From positions 544,001 through 608,000 of the forward strand of contig CAWCPV010000007.1 of NCBI GenBank assembly GCA_963797555.1: a stretch of DNA of 64,000 nucleotides. The letters are read 5' to 3'. Positions 45,622-55,471 of the stretch are shown piece after piece. Each line of letters starts with the position of its first letter. Position 1 is the first letter of the stretch. Source of the DNA: an uncultured Gammaproteobacteria bacterium. Its GTDB lineage: Bacteria; Pseudomonadota; Gammaproteobacteria; CAWCPV01. Position numbers and translations under genes: made by a program. The notes beneath the pieces were generated by a model, which saw nothing but the letters and a program-made list of their open reading frames with translations, made no database searches and had not been told where the DNA came from.

Positions 45622-47143
45622 GGCACACCTCCTCGGCGGCACTGCGGTGGGTGGCGGGCAGGAGCGCGTCATAGTCGGCCAGCGGGTGCTGAGCAGTGGC
45701 GCCGAGAGGGAGCGTCGCGGGGGCTGGCGGTGCGAAGCGTTGTTGCAGGGCGCTGAGCGTGGGCGATAGGCCTCGCTCCAGGGCGGCCAGCCAGTGGGTC
45801 CCCAGGGCCTCCTGGCACTCGTGCTCGGCGGCGAGCTTGAGTGCGCCGACCATGCGCTTGCAGGCGTCGGCGGGCGCAAGGGTAGCGTCCAGATGCTGCC
45901 AGATACGCTGATAGGTGGCATCCGGAAGCAGGGCGTCGCGGTACTGGAGCCGATAGAAGGCGCGGGGCTTCTTCACCAGCCATCCCACGAGATGGCGATA
46001 GTCGATGCGGCTCGCCCGGCGCTTGCCCGGGGCCGGGTAGACCCGCGGGAGGATGAGCAGGGCCTCGGTGCCGAGGAACAGCTCCAGGCGGGCGTCATAG
46101 AGGTGCACCCGCAGGCGCTCGCCGATGAGCCGCGCGGGGACCGAGTAGACCACCAAGCGCACGGTGATGGTGCTGGCGGTGGTGACCTTCACCCACAGCT
46201 CGGTGTAGTCGGCCGCGAAGGTCACCGGCAGGGGCCGCAGATGGGGGCGCTCGGCCTCGATGGCGGTGGCGTTACGCCGGTTGACGGCGGCGGTGACGGT
46301 GTCGAGAAAGTCCTGGTAGGACGCCACCGAGGGGAACTCGGCACTGCCCCGGGCCAGAAGGCGCTGCACGATACGGCGCTTCAAATGCCCGTGGGGTGAC
46401 TCGATGCTGCCGTTCTCGTGGCAGGCCCCGGGGTTGTTGCGCGTCGGCCTCATCCCATAATGGGCGCAGAGCGCCGCGTAGCGCGCCGCAAGGTCGTGCT
46501 GGGCCTCAGCCGAGAGGTTCTTGAACGCCGCCGAGAGGCTGTCAGTGCGGTGCTCGGCCGGTGCACCGCCCAGGCGCAGCAGCGCCTGGCTGAGCCCCTC
46601 GGCGAGCGCCGTGAAGCTCTCCCCGCCCAGCACCACCCGCACCGTGCACCAGCCGCTGTAGGCCAGGCGGAAATGGTAGAGGCGGTGGGCGAGCGGCTCG
46701 CCGGCGATGGTGACGGTGACGTCCTTGAGCACGGTGAAATCCGACAAACCCCGCAGTCCCGGGACCTGCTGCTGTGGGAACATCACCTCCTTCTCGGGTC
46801 CATGCGCCGCCCGCCAGGCCTTCACCCGGCGCTGCAAGGTGCGCAATAGCTTGTCCGGGTACTGGCCCGGATGGCGCTCCTGGAGCCCTTCCAAGAGCGT
46901 CAGCGCGTGCAGTGCCGGGGTGTGCTCAAGCAGTGGGACCAGCTCGCTGTCCCACACGGTGTCAAAGGGGTCGCGGCGCGTTCGATACCGCCGCGCGCCC
47001 CGCGGTGCTCGACGCTCGTCCCGCTCGTCAAGACGGCGCGCCGTGCGCTCCGAGAAACCCGCCTTGGCGGCGGCGGTTACTTGGTTCTTACCTGCGGTTC
47101 TCTGTGACATATAGACCTTGACCTGTTGCGGTGTGACGGCCAT
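45614..47143 (-). CDS. istA: IS21 transposase IstA
   Basis: RTLQRR, SDFT, HRTDSLSAA, HENGSIE, YSVPARLIG. Confidence 0.95.
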   Translation of the reverse strand: MAVTPQQVKVYMSQRTAGKNQVTAAAKAGFSERTARRLDERDERRAPRGARRYRTRRDPFDTVWDSELVPLLEHTPALHALTLLEGLQERHPGQYPDKLLRTLQRRVKAWRAAHGPEKEVMFPQQQVPGLRGLSDFTVLKDVTVTIAGEPLAHRLYHFRLAYSGWCTVRVVLGGESFTALAEGLSQALLRLGGAPAEHRTDSLSAAFKNLSAEAQHDLAARYAALCAHYGMRPTRNNPGACHENGSIESPHGHLKRRIVQRLLARGSAEFPSVASYQDFLDTVTAAVNRRNATAIEAERPHLRPLPVTFAADYTELWVKVTTASTITVRLVVYSVPARLIGERLRVHLYDARLELFLGTEALLILPRVYPAPGKRRASRIDYRHLVGWLVKKPRAFYRLQYRDALLPDATYQRIWQHLDATLAPADACKRMVGALKLAAEHECQEALGTHWLAALERGLSPTLSALQQRFAPPAPATLPLGATAQHPLADYDALLPATHRSAAEEVCHG

Positions 47144-47504
47144 CCCTCCCCCCGAAGCATCGGATGTCAGAACGCCGCCAGTGTGGCCGATCAACCGGAC
47201 AAAGTAGTTGTCGCCAACCGGTCAACGTAATTGTCGCTCTATAGCTTGCGGTACAACGCCTCGATTCCCATCTTGTCCCTCAATGTCTGGACGTGGCGCC
47301 GGCCGACCTCGAAGCCCTCGTCGCGCAACGCCCCGCGCATGCGCCGGCTGCCATAGAACGGGTGCTTTAGGTGCAGCTCGTCGATTGCCCGCATCAGCGC
47401 CAGATCCCGCGCCGACACCGCCACCGCCCGGTAGTACTGGGATGAGCGCGAGAGCCCCAGGAGCTGGCACTGCCGCGTCAGCGGCAATTCGGCCACCTTG
47501 TCGA

Positions 47505-47801
47505 TCATCGCTTTGTCGCATCGCCGATGCGACCGAGCGCGACGGACAAAAAATCGTTCTCCAGCGTCAGCTGCCCGATCTTCGCCTGCATGTCCTTCAC
47601 CGACGGCCCCGATTCGGACTTGCGTTCCCGCTCGAACACCTCGTCAGCGCGGCTCTGCAACTGCTGCTTCCACGCCAGGATCTGACTCTGATGAACCTGA
47701 AACTGCGCCGATAACTCCGCCAAGGTCTTGTCGCCCTTGATCGCCGCCAGTGCCACCCTTGCCTTGAATCCCGCTCCATGATTGCGCCTCTTGCCACTCA
47801 T
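47505..47801 (-). CDS. IS3 transposase OrfA
   Basis: FKARVALAA..GDKTLAELS..FQVH..QI..WK...KIGQLTLENDFL. Confidence 0.9.
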   Translation of the reverse strand: MSGKRRNHGAGFKARVALAAIKGDKTLAELSAQFQVHQSQILAWKQQLQSRADEVFERERKSESGPSVKDMQAKIGQLTLENDFLSVALGRIGDATKR

Positions 47802-48159
47802 TTGCCGCTCCTCTCAATAGCATCGCCATGATAAAGCGGTTCATCCCCTACCACTTATCCCGCCGTACAGATTTCCGGAGCCAGCTCTGAGCGAGGAGGG
47901 CGATGTCGTCGATACCAGGACGGTACGGATGGAACTCGGCCTGCCTGAATGAAGCTGCGATGGACGCCGCACTCGCGCGCTGATCTACGGGCCATCCACT
48001 CCTACATCGCACGGGATTCCCCCGCTAATGCGACCCGTATGCTCGACCGGTTGATCCGCCGGGCCGAGCAGGTCATAGAGTTTCCCTTCTCGGGGCGAGT
48101 GGTTCTTGAGTTCCAGCAGGCAGATATCCGCGAGGTTATCGAGCCGCCATATCGCATCA

Positions 48160-49805
48160 CCTGGATCCGTGACTTCGAGTTCTGGGCATCCGGGGCACGG
48201 GATAATGGGAGGTATTCTCAGTTGAGTTGGTTAGTGTTTAGCCAACTGGCGACATCGGCTGTGCACAGCAGGCGTGGAACCTGGTCGGCGCAGGAGTGAT
48301 GGCGGGGCTTTGACCTTTTGGCGCTGAATTTCAGGCATAGGTTTACACCGGGGCCTGGTGAGGCCCGGGTCGAGTTTCTAGGGATGTCGTCCTAGCTACC
48401 CGAAGGCGAGCTGGTAATACAGCTGTTCGAAGGCGCGAAAGCCGGGACAGAGCCGCCGGCCGGTGGCCGCCAGCCGGGCGGCGAGGTACATCAGCTCCTG
48501 GAGGACGGTCTTGAGCCGCCTGCGCTTGGCTGGATGGCGAAGAGGAGCCGCCTCGCCGGTCAGCCCGATAAGTCCGATGAAGCGCAGGATGTTGTAGGCG
48601 AACACGGCAAAGGCGAGCACCAGGTCATTGGTGTCGAATTTCCCGGAGGGCAGCCGTTCGATATCGAGGTCGGTCTTGAACTCGGCTCGTGGAACTGCTC
48701 GGAGGTGCCGTGGTCCCGGTACAGGGCGACGATCTCCTCGTCCGGATAGGCCAGGGAGGTCCACCAGCCCTCGATCTCAAGCTCCGGCACCAGCAGTGCC
48801 TGGCCCCTCTTGTCGATGGTGCGCTCGGTCACCCGCATCACCCGGCGAACGTGGTAGGTGTGCTCCCGATGGAGGTGCTCCTCGATGACGCTGAACAGCG
48901 CCACGCGCTTGCCGGGGCGCGGGGTCTCCCATACCCCTTGGCGCTCGGCGCGCTCCAGCCACTCGCCAGGGTCCTCGCCCCGGGGGTTCCCCTTGATAAT
49001 GAAGTCCACCTCCTCTTCGAGGTAGCGCAGCCGGTTCTCCAAGGCGTCATGGGCGCTGTCCTGGCGTACCAGCAGCGGCAGTTTGGTCAGCCGCCGGGCC
49101 CGCGGCAAAATACGCTCCCAGACGTAGCGGAATTCCTTCTGGGAGTGCTGTTTGCCTTCACGCAGCTCACAGGCCAGCCCCCAGCCTTCGGTTCCCAGAT
49201 AGGCGGCGATCGGCGCATAACCGTCATAGCCGTGGTAGGTGCGCGAGACCCCTTCTTTCTTGGTCCCGGAGTTGTTCATGGGAAACACATCGATGTCGAG
49301 CGGCACATGGCCGGTCTTGAGCGGGCTCACCGGCACTTTGGCGTTGACCATGAACTCGATATCGGCCTCGTCGATGACCTCCCGCATGAGCGCTGCGTGC
49401 TCATCGAGGCGCTGCCTCAAGGTTTCCGCCGAAGGCACCCGCTCCAGCCCCAGCGCCTGGCGGAAAAAATCGTCCCCTCGGACGTTGGCGACCGCCTCGA
49501 AGTCGCTCTTGCCCAAACACATCAACCCCAGATAGCTCCTGGCTATGTCTTCATGGGAAATGCCGTGGCGTAGCGGGATGGCCTGCTTGAGCGCCTTGCC
49601 CAGGCCGCTGAAGCGGTTTACGCAAAGACCCACCAGAGCCAGACCGGAATGGGAGGTGTAGAACTCTTCGTCGGACTGCTCCAGGATGAACCGCTTCATC
49701 GTTCACCTGCCGGGTGAGTGGGCGTGCGGGCCGATTTTACCCGAACTGCCACGATAAATCAGCAGGTTGCAGCCATCCGCTAAGACGCGAAGTCACGGAA
49801 TCAGG
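48160..49805 (-). mobile_element. IS1380-family element
   Basis: IRs CCTGGATCCGTGACTTCG / CCTGATTCCGTGACTTCG; 6-bp target duplication GCATCA at 48154-48159 and 49806-49811. Confidence 0.93.
48396..49699 (-). CDS. IS1380 transposase (frameshift near 48690)
   Basis: TSHSGLALVG, PSAETLRQR, TKKEGVSRTY.G.DGYAP, HGTSEQFH / EFKTDLDIERLPSGKF. Confidence 0.9.
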
Positions 49806-50318
49806 GCATCATCTACCGTGTCCTTTCGGACCGCATCGATGTCCTGACCGTGATGCACGGTGCGCAGATACTGCGCGAGATTCCGGAGCTCGGTGCCCCT
49901 TAAGTCATCCGCCAGTCGCTCGCTCGTGCAGGGCGCTTTGGATCCCGAGACCTCGCCCTGTGACGCCAGCGGCTCATTTCCTATTAGTCCAGCCAGCTAC
50001 CACAGGAATCAGGTGATCCGCTGAATTCAAGTTCATCGAGATCGCCAAGGCTCATTCCACCGCCGAGGGCTATATGTCGGTTCCCTGCGGCGACGGCTGA
50101 GGGTCGGTCTCGATCGAGCCTTACCGGCAGGGTATACCTCGATCGGTCGCGATTTACGGGACCCGGCTGACTGTCCTGGTCTGTTCGCGACCGCCACGCG
50201 ACAAGCGCCGCGGGCAATGGACTCTAAAATGAGATGAAACGCTCTTTTATTCGTCGGTGAGGTGGCACTGGCCTCCTGCCTGCTCTGCTTGGACAAGCAG
50301 TCTGGTCAAGCTAACGGC

Positions 50319-50785
50319 ATGAGCGAGGCGTTCGACATCGATGAGGCGAAGACCCGGCTCTCGAGTCTGGTCGCGAGGGCGGTGGCAGGCAGGTGGATCA
50401 AACAGGGCGATGCGGCCCGCATGCTGGGGCTATCGGTTCGGCAGGTGAAGCGCCTAGTGGGTGCGTTTCGGCAGGACGGGCAGCGGGCTTAGGTAGAGCA
50501 AGCGCCGGGGCCGCCGATCCCATCGGCGCATCCCGGAGCAGGAGAGGGCCGGGGCCGCGCAGCGCGTGCTGGGGAGCCTCGACATCGCCTCCATCCAGGC
50601 CCTCTCCCCACAGGCTAACGGGCGGGTGGAGCGGCTGTTCCAGACCCTTCAGGACCGCTTGGATACAAGGCCCTACGGGTGGCGCACATCCAGGACATCG
50701 ACGCCGCCAACGTGTTCTTCGACACCTACCTCGAGCTCTCGCCTCAAAGGGACATCTCTACTTTGCAGAAGAAGCGAGCGACGTC
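50319..50785 (+). mobile_element. Phd/YefM antitoxin N-terminus fused to an internally deleted ISNCY-like transposase remnant
   Basis: MSEAFDIDEAKTRLSSLV (Phd) runs into AARMLGLSVRQVKRL; later SPQANGRVERLFQTLQDRL and an end-like AAAGGGACATCTCTACTTTGC. Confidence 0.65.
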
Positions 50786-50840
50786 CAAGAGCGCAGACAG
50801 GCGTTAAACTGCGCCCTGAAGTCCACGATGGGAGGGTGCC

Positions 50841-52236
50841 TTGACGCTCCGAAAGCCAAAGCGCTGGCGCGTCGCCCAACTCGTCGCCTGGCTCGCGCTA
50901 GCCTGGACCGCCCAGTGCGGCGGCGGCACTGCCGCGTCGCCCGCCTCCGAACGCAGCCTGCGCGGCTGGCTCGCGGTGCGCGGCACGGACGTGCTCGCGG
51001 CGGAGAACGCCCAGCGCCTCTTCGCGCCTGCCTCGGTCCTGAAGCTGTTGGTGGCCGCGGCGGCGCTCCACACTCTGGGTCCCGATCACCGTCGCACCAC
51101 GGTCGTGGCGGCCGCGGGGCCGCTCGTCGACGGCGCACTGAAGGGGGACCTGCTGCTCCGGGGCGCGGCCGATTCCGACTTGGAGCGCGAGGTTTCACCC
51201 CGCCGATCCCCACGAGCCCCTGAAGCAGCTCGCGCGCCAGGTGCGGGACGCCGGTATCCGCAGGGTCACCGGGGATCTGGTCGTGGACGCAAGCCGCTTC
51301 CTGGGGCCGTCTCAGTCCCCCGATTACACTCTCGTCGAGCGCTCCTCGTGGTACGGGGCGCCGTGCTCGGCCGCGGCGGTGGACGAGAACGTGTTCCCGC
51401 TGCGCATGGCAGCGGGCCTGCGGGTCGGGGCGCCGGGACGGCTATCTGCCGACATCCCGTTCTTCAACCTCACCAACCGCATCGTCACCGTCCCGGCCGG
51501 ACGCAAAGGCAGCGTCGAGATGTATCCGGGCGTGGACGGCAGGACGCTGGTCGCCCGAGGCGACTACCCGATGGACGAGCCCGCCTATACCGTGAAGGCC
51601 AGCGTTCCCGACCCGGATCTTTACGCCGGCGAAGTTTTCTTGCAGATCCTGAGGGAAGACGGCATCGGCGTCGCCGGCCAAGTGAGGGTGGCGCACATCG
51701 CGCCCCGAGCGGTCTCCGCAAAACCGGTCGGTCGCATCCGGTCTCCGCCGCTCTCCGAGATCCTTCCGGTGATTCTTGGAGAAAGCCATAACTGGTACGC
51801 AGAGATGCTGTCACGCGTTATGGCATTCGAGGTGCGGGGCGAGGGCCGCCCCGATCTCGGCCTGGAGGTCGAGCGAACCTTCCTGCGGCAGGAAGTCGGC
51901 ATCCCCGATGAAGCCTTCTTCTTGGATGACGCCTCCGCCCTGCTGGCGCCGGAGGCCGTCGTAGCCCTGCTGGAGTACGTGCTGCGCCAGCCGTGGCGCG
52001 AGGTTTTCGTCTCGGCGCTCGCCGCGCCCGGCCAGGGCACGCTCCGGCACTGGCCGCCGCTGCCGAAGCTGCGGGGCAAGAGCGGAACCCTGCGGCATAC
52101 CGTCGCCCTGGCTGGGTACCTGGACGCGTCGGCCCGCACTCCCATCGCGTTCGCGGCGTTCGTGAACCACTGGCTCGACCAACGATACGACGCCCGTACC
52201 GAGATTGCGGCGTTGCTTCGGTCCTGGTTGCGCTGA
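50841..52236 (+). CDS. dacB: D-alanyl-D-alanine carboxypeptidase/endopeptidase (PBP4, peptidase S13; frameshift near 51175)
   Basis: PASVLK (SxxK), ESHN (SxN), GKSGTL (KTG-like). Confidence 0.82.
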
Positions 52237-52451
52237 CAGCTTGTGAATAAGTCTATTGTGCGTCCCGACAGCAGCGCGGCGCGGTGGTCATGGCGTACTT
52301 CCCTGTACGCCACCCCTGCGGGGCGTCCCGCGGACGTGCCGAATGGCTATCCTGCCATTCGGTCGGCCCTCGCCTATCGACTGGATATGTCTCCTCGCTG
52401 CGCTCCGTGCGCCTCACTCTCGGGCCGGTCGCGACGATCTTCACCAGCTCT
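52236..52451. repeat. MITE/REP-like palindromic intergenic element
   Basis: Imperfect terminal IR ACAGCTTGTGAA / AGAGCTGGTGAA; perfect internal stems TGGCGTAC-GTACGCCA (52291-52312) and CCGAATGGC-GCCATTCGG (52339-52362). Confidence 0.5.
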
Positions 52452-52591
52452 GACCGCACGGGGCTCGCAGCGGCTGTGCGACACGGCCAAGTGACGGCTC
52501 GCCCGAGTTGCCGCAAGCCCTTTGCATGAGCCGCGACGATGCTCTACCCTGGCAGCCTCCGCGGGCATCGGACCGCTGACTTCCGGCTTCG

Positions 52592-53833
52592 ATGAGCCCA
52601 TCCGACATCATCGCATCGCTCTTGACGCTGGCTGCGACGTTCAGCTACTTGAACTACCGCTACCTGCGTCTGCCGAGCACGATCGGGCTGATGCTCATCG
52701 CGTTGGTCGCGTCGACCGCGGTCGTAGCCTTGGCCAAGCTCGGGGTGGCTCCAGGGGTCGCGGACTCTGCCCGAGCGCTCGTGCATCGCATCGATTTCAG
52801 CGAGACCCTGCTCCACGGGATGCTGGGCTTCCTGCTGTTCGCGGGCGCGCTGCTCGTTGACCTGGGGGACCTGTGGCGGGAGAAATGGGCCGTGACTGTG
52901 CTCGCCACCGTAGGCGTGTTCATCTCGACCTGCGTGGTCGGCGTGCTGTCCGCCGCGCTGTTCGCCCGGCTCGGACTGCATGTGGCGTTCATTTACTGCT
53001 TGCTGTTCGGTGCGCTGATCTCGCCCACCGACCCCATCGCGGTCCTGGGTATCCTCAGGCGGGCAGGCGTGCCGCGGGACCTCGAGACCAAGATCACCGG
53101 CGAATCCCTGTTCAACAACGGAATCGGCGTCGTGGTGTTCATCGCGTTGCTCGACGTGGTGAAGACGGGGCACGGTCCGACGCTGTGGGACCCTATCCTG
53201 CTGTTCCTCAAGGAGACCTTCGGAGGTGCTCTGTTCGGAGCGGGCGCCGGCTACCTGGCGTACCGGCTGCTCAAGCAGGTAGACCAGTACCAGGTCGAGA
53301 TCCTCATGACGCTCGCTCTGGCGACCGGCGGCTACGCCCTCGCCGATGCGCTGCATCTTTCGGCTCCCATCGCCATCGTCGTGGCCGGCCTGCTCATCGG
53401 CAATCACGGCCGGGCCTTCGCTATGTCGGATACGACGCGGGAGCATCTGGACACATTCTGGGAGCTGGTGGACGAAATGTTGAACGCGGTCCTCTTTGTG
53501 CTCATCGGCCTGGAAGTGCTGCTGGTCAGCTTCACCGGGGCCCACGTGGCCGCCGGCCTGCTTTGCATCCCACTGGTGCTCGGCGCGCGCTTCGTGAGCG
53601 TCGGACTTCCTGTCGGGCTGCTGCGCCTTCGGCGGCAGTTCAGCCCGAACGCCGTCAAGGTGATGACCTGGGGCGGGTTGCGCGGCGGCATATCGGTGGC
53701 GATGGCTCTGTCGCTGCCGGCGACGCCCGAGCGCGCTGTTCTGTTGACGGCTACCTACGCGGTAGTGGTGTTTTCTATTCTGATCCAGGGTTTGACCGTC
53801 GGGCGGCTGTTCGCCCAAACGCGGGCGGCATGA
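52592..53833 (+). CDS. CPA1-family Na+/H+ antiporter (NhaP-like)
   Basis: FLLFAGAL, FGALISPTDPIAV, GESLFNNG, WGGLRGGIS; multiple TM helices. Confidence 0.9.
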   Translation: MSPSDIIASLLTLAATFSYLNYRYLRLPSTIGLMLIALVASTAVVALAKLGVAPGVADSARALVHRIDFSETLLHGMLGFLLFAGALLVDLGDLWREKWAVTVLATVGVFISTCVVGVLSAALFARLGLHVAFIYCLLFGALISPTDPIAVLGILRRAGVPRDLETKITGESLFNNGIGVVVFIALLDVVKTGHGPTLWDPILLFLKETFGGALFGAGAGYLAYRLLKQVDQYQVEILMTLALATGGYALADALHLSAPIAIVVAGLLIGNHGRAFAMSDTTREHLDTFWELVDEMLNAVLFVLIGLEVLLVSFTGAHVAAGLLCIPLVLGARFVSVGLPVGLLRLRRQFSPNAVKVMTWGGLRGGISVAMALSLPATPERAVLLTATYAVVVFSILIQGLTVGRLFAQTRAA

Positions 53834-54612
53834 GCGGCACCTTGCACGTGTCCGTGGTGAGCCACGGTCACGGGGCGCTGCTGGGTGACCTGTTCGAGGA
53901 CCTCGATCGGCATTGCGCGGGCGAGGACTTGCGGGTCACGCTGACGCTGAATCGGCCGGAAACTCTGGGGTTCTCTTCCGGCACGTTCCGGTTCCCGCTG
54001 CGGGTGGTGCAGAACGACCGTCCCAGAGGGTTCGGCGCCAACCACAATGCGGCTTTTGAGGGTGGCCCGACGCACGATCACGCGGCGCTGTTCTGCGTCC
54101 TGAACCCGGATGTGCGGCTGCCCTGCAATCCCTTCCAGCCCCTTCGGGAGATGCTGGACAGCGACCCTCGCGTGGGGGTAGCGGCGCCATTGGTCAAGAG
54201 CCCCGACGGCCATCCGGAAGACAGCGCGCGCCGCCTTCCGACGCCTTTTTCCATCGCGGCCAAAGCCATGGGTCGAGGCTGGGGGGCGCAGTACCGCTTC
54301 CACGGCACCCCACTCCCGGTGCAATGGGTGGCCGGCATCTTCATGCTGTTCCCGAGCGGTGTGTTTCGCTCGACGGCGGGCTTCGACGACCGCTATCACC
54401 TTTACTACGAGGACGTGGACATTTGCTGCCGCTTGCGGCTGGCCGGCTACGCAGTGATGGTTCACCCGGGCGCGTCGGTGGTGCATCACGCTCGAAGAGC
54501 CAGCCACGGCGACTGGGAGCACAGACGCTGGCATCTCGCCAGCATGGCCAGGTTCTTCAGCTCCCGCGTGTTCCTGCGCTGCTGGTGGCGCTTTCGAAGG
54601 GGCGGCGCCTAG
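53830..54612 (+). CDS. glycosyltransferase family 2
   Basis: VSVVSHG, GFGANHN, VLNPD, WVAG.FML, GFDDRY.LYYEDVD. Confidence 0.9.
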   Translation: MSGTLHVSVVSHGHGALLGDLFEDLDRHCAGEDLRVTLTLNRPETLGFSSGTFRFPLRVVQNDRPRGFGANHNAAFEGGPTHDHAALFCVLNPDVRLPCNPFQPLREMLDSDPRVGVAAPLVKSPDGHPEDSARRLPTPFSIAAKAMGRGWGAQYRFHGTPLPVQWVAGIFMLFPSGVFRSTAGFDDRYHLYYEDVDICCRLRLAGYAVMVHPGASVVHHARRASHGDWEHRRWHLASMARFFSSRVFLRCWWRFRRGGA

Positions 54613-55423
54613 CTCCGGTGCATGGGACTGTCTGGTAGTCGGCTAGTGTGTCCAGCGGGAGGGCCGCCAGAGTCCCTCCCCACACGCACCCTCCATCCAT
54701 GGCGTAGATGCCCGGTCGCCGGTACAGACCCAGGGCAGCCCAGTGCCCGAAGACGATGTTGAGTCCCGCGCTGGCGCGCCCAGGCACGTCGAACCACGGC
54801 AGGTAGCCCGGCGGCTGCCCGCCTGGAGGCTCGGTGCAGGCCAGCGCCAGGCGGCCAGTCATGTCGCAGAAACGCAGCCGCGTCAGGCAATTGGTGATGA
54901 AGCGCAGGCGCTCCCAGCCGGAAAGCGACGGCGACCAGCGGTCCGGGCGATCGCCGTACATGTGGCGGAAGAACTTCGGGTAGTCTGGACCTCGCAGCAC
55001 GGTTTCCACCTCCGCGGCGCAGGTCTTGGCGAGATCGAGGTTCCACTGGGGCGGAAGACCCGCGTGCACCATCGTGAGTCCGGCGTCGGGGTCGTGGTGG
55101 AGCAGGGGTCGGTGCCGGAGCCATGCAAGGATCTCCGAGCGGTCTGGGGCCCGGAGCAGCTCGGTCAGGGTGTCGTGGGTCTTCAGCCGGTCTTCGCTCG
55201 CGGCCACCGCGAGGAGGTGCAGGTCGTGGTTGCCGAGCACCGTGCATGCCCGCTCGCCCAGCCCGATAACGAAGCGCAGGACTTCCAGCGAGTGTGGGCC
55301 CCGGTTCACCAGATCTCCGGCGAACCACAAACGATCGCTGGCCGGGTCGAACCCGATCTGTTCCAGCAGGCGGCAGAGATCGTCGTAGCAACCCTGGACG
55401 TTCCCTATGGCGTAGCTGGCCAT
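54557..55423 (-). CDS. apaH: symmetrical bis(5'-nucleosyl)-tetraphosphatase
   Basis: GDLVNRGP, LGNHDLH, VHAG, FGHWAALG, GCVWGG; lies next to apaG. Confidence 0.94.
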   Translation of the reverse strand: MASYAIGNVQGCYDDLCRLLEQIGFDPASDRLWFAGDLVNRGPHSLEVLRFVIGLGERACTVLGNHDLHLLAVAASEDRLKTHDTLTELLRAPDRSEILAWLRHRPLLHHDPDAGLTMVHAGLPPQWNLDLAKTCAAEVETVLRGPDYPKFFRHMYGDRPDRWSPSLSGWERLRFITNCLTRLRFCDMTGRLALACTEPPGGQPPGYLPWFDVPGRASAGLNIVFGHWAALGLYRRPGIYAMDGGCVWGGTLAALPLDTLADYQTVPCTGARRRPFESATSSAGTRGS

Positions 55424-55471
55424 ACCGACCGCTCAGGCGGAATCGCGAGGGGCGTCCGCGAAGCCTCGCGC

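Larger units (their letters stand above)
44783..47243 (-). mobile_element. IS21-family element
   Basis: Terminal IRs TGTCTGACGTCAATTACTCTGTCCGGTTGACGACAACTA / TATAGAGCGACAATTACGTTGACCGGTTGGCGACAACTA; contains istA-istB. Confidence 0.92.
44083..47888 (-). mobile_element. IS3-family element interrupted by IS21
   Basis: Imperfect terminal IRs TGATGTGGCTCCGATTCTCTGAACAG / AGAGCTGGCTCCGGAAATCTGTACGG; orfA 47505-47801; orfB 47508-47244 plus 44782-44214. Confidence 0.9.
44023..47952 (+). pseudogene. antitoxin gene split by the IS3 element (pieces at 44023-44082 and 47889-47952)
   Basis: MQPASVKKAAHKLIDELPDD left of the IS and SEEGDVVDTRTVRMELGLPE* right of it; the stop overlaps the toxin ATG. Confidence 0.7.
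47949..49903 (+). pseudogene. RelE/ParE family toxin split by IS1380
   Basis: MKLRWT...DLRAI..YIARDSP...FPFSGRVV...PYRI | IYRVLSDRIDVLTVMHGAQ...*; the halves rejoin in frame when the IS and one GCATCA are removed. Confidence 0.88.
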
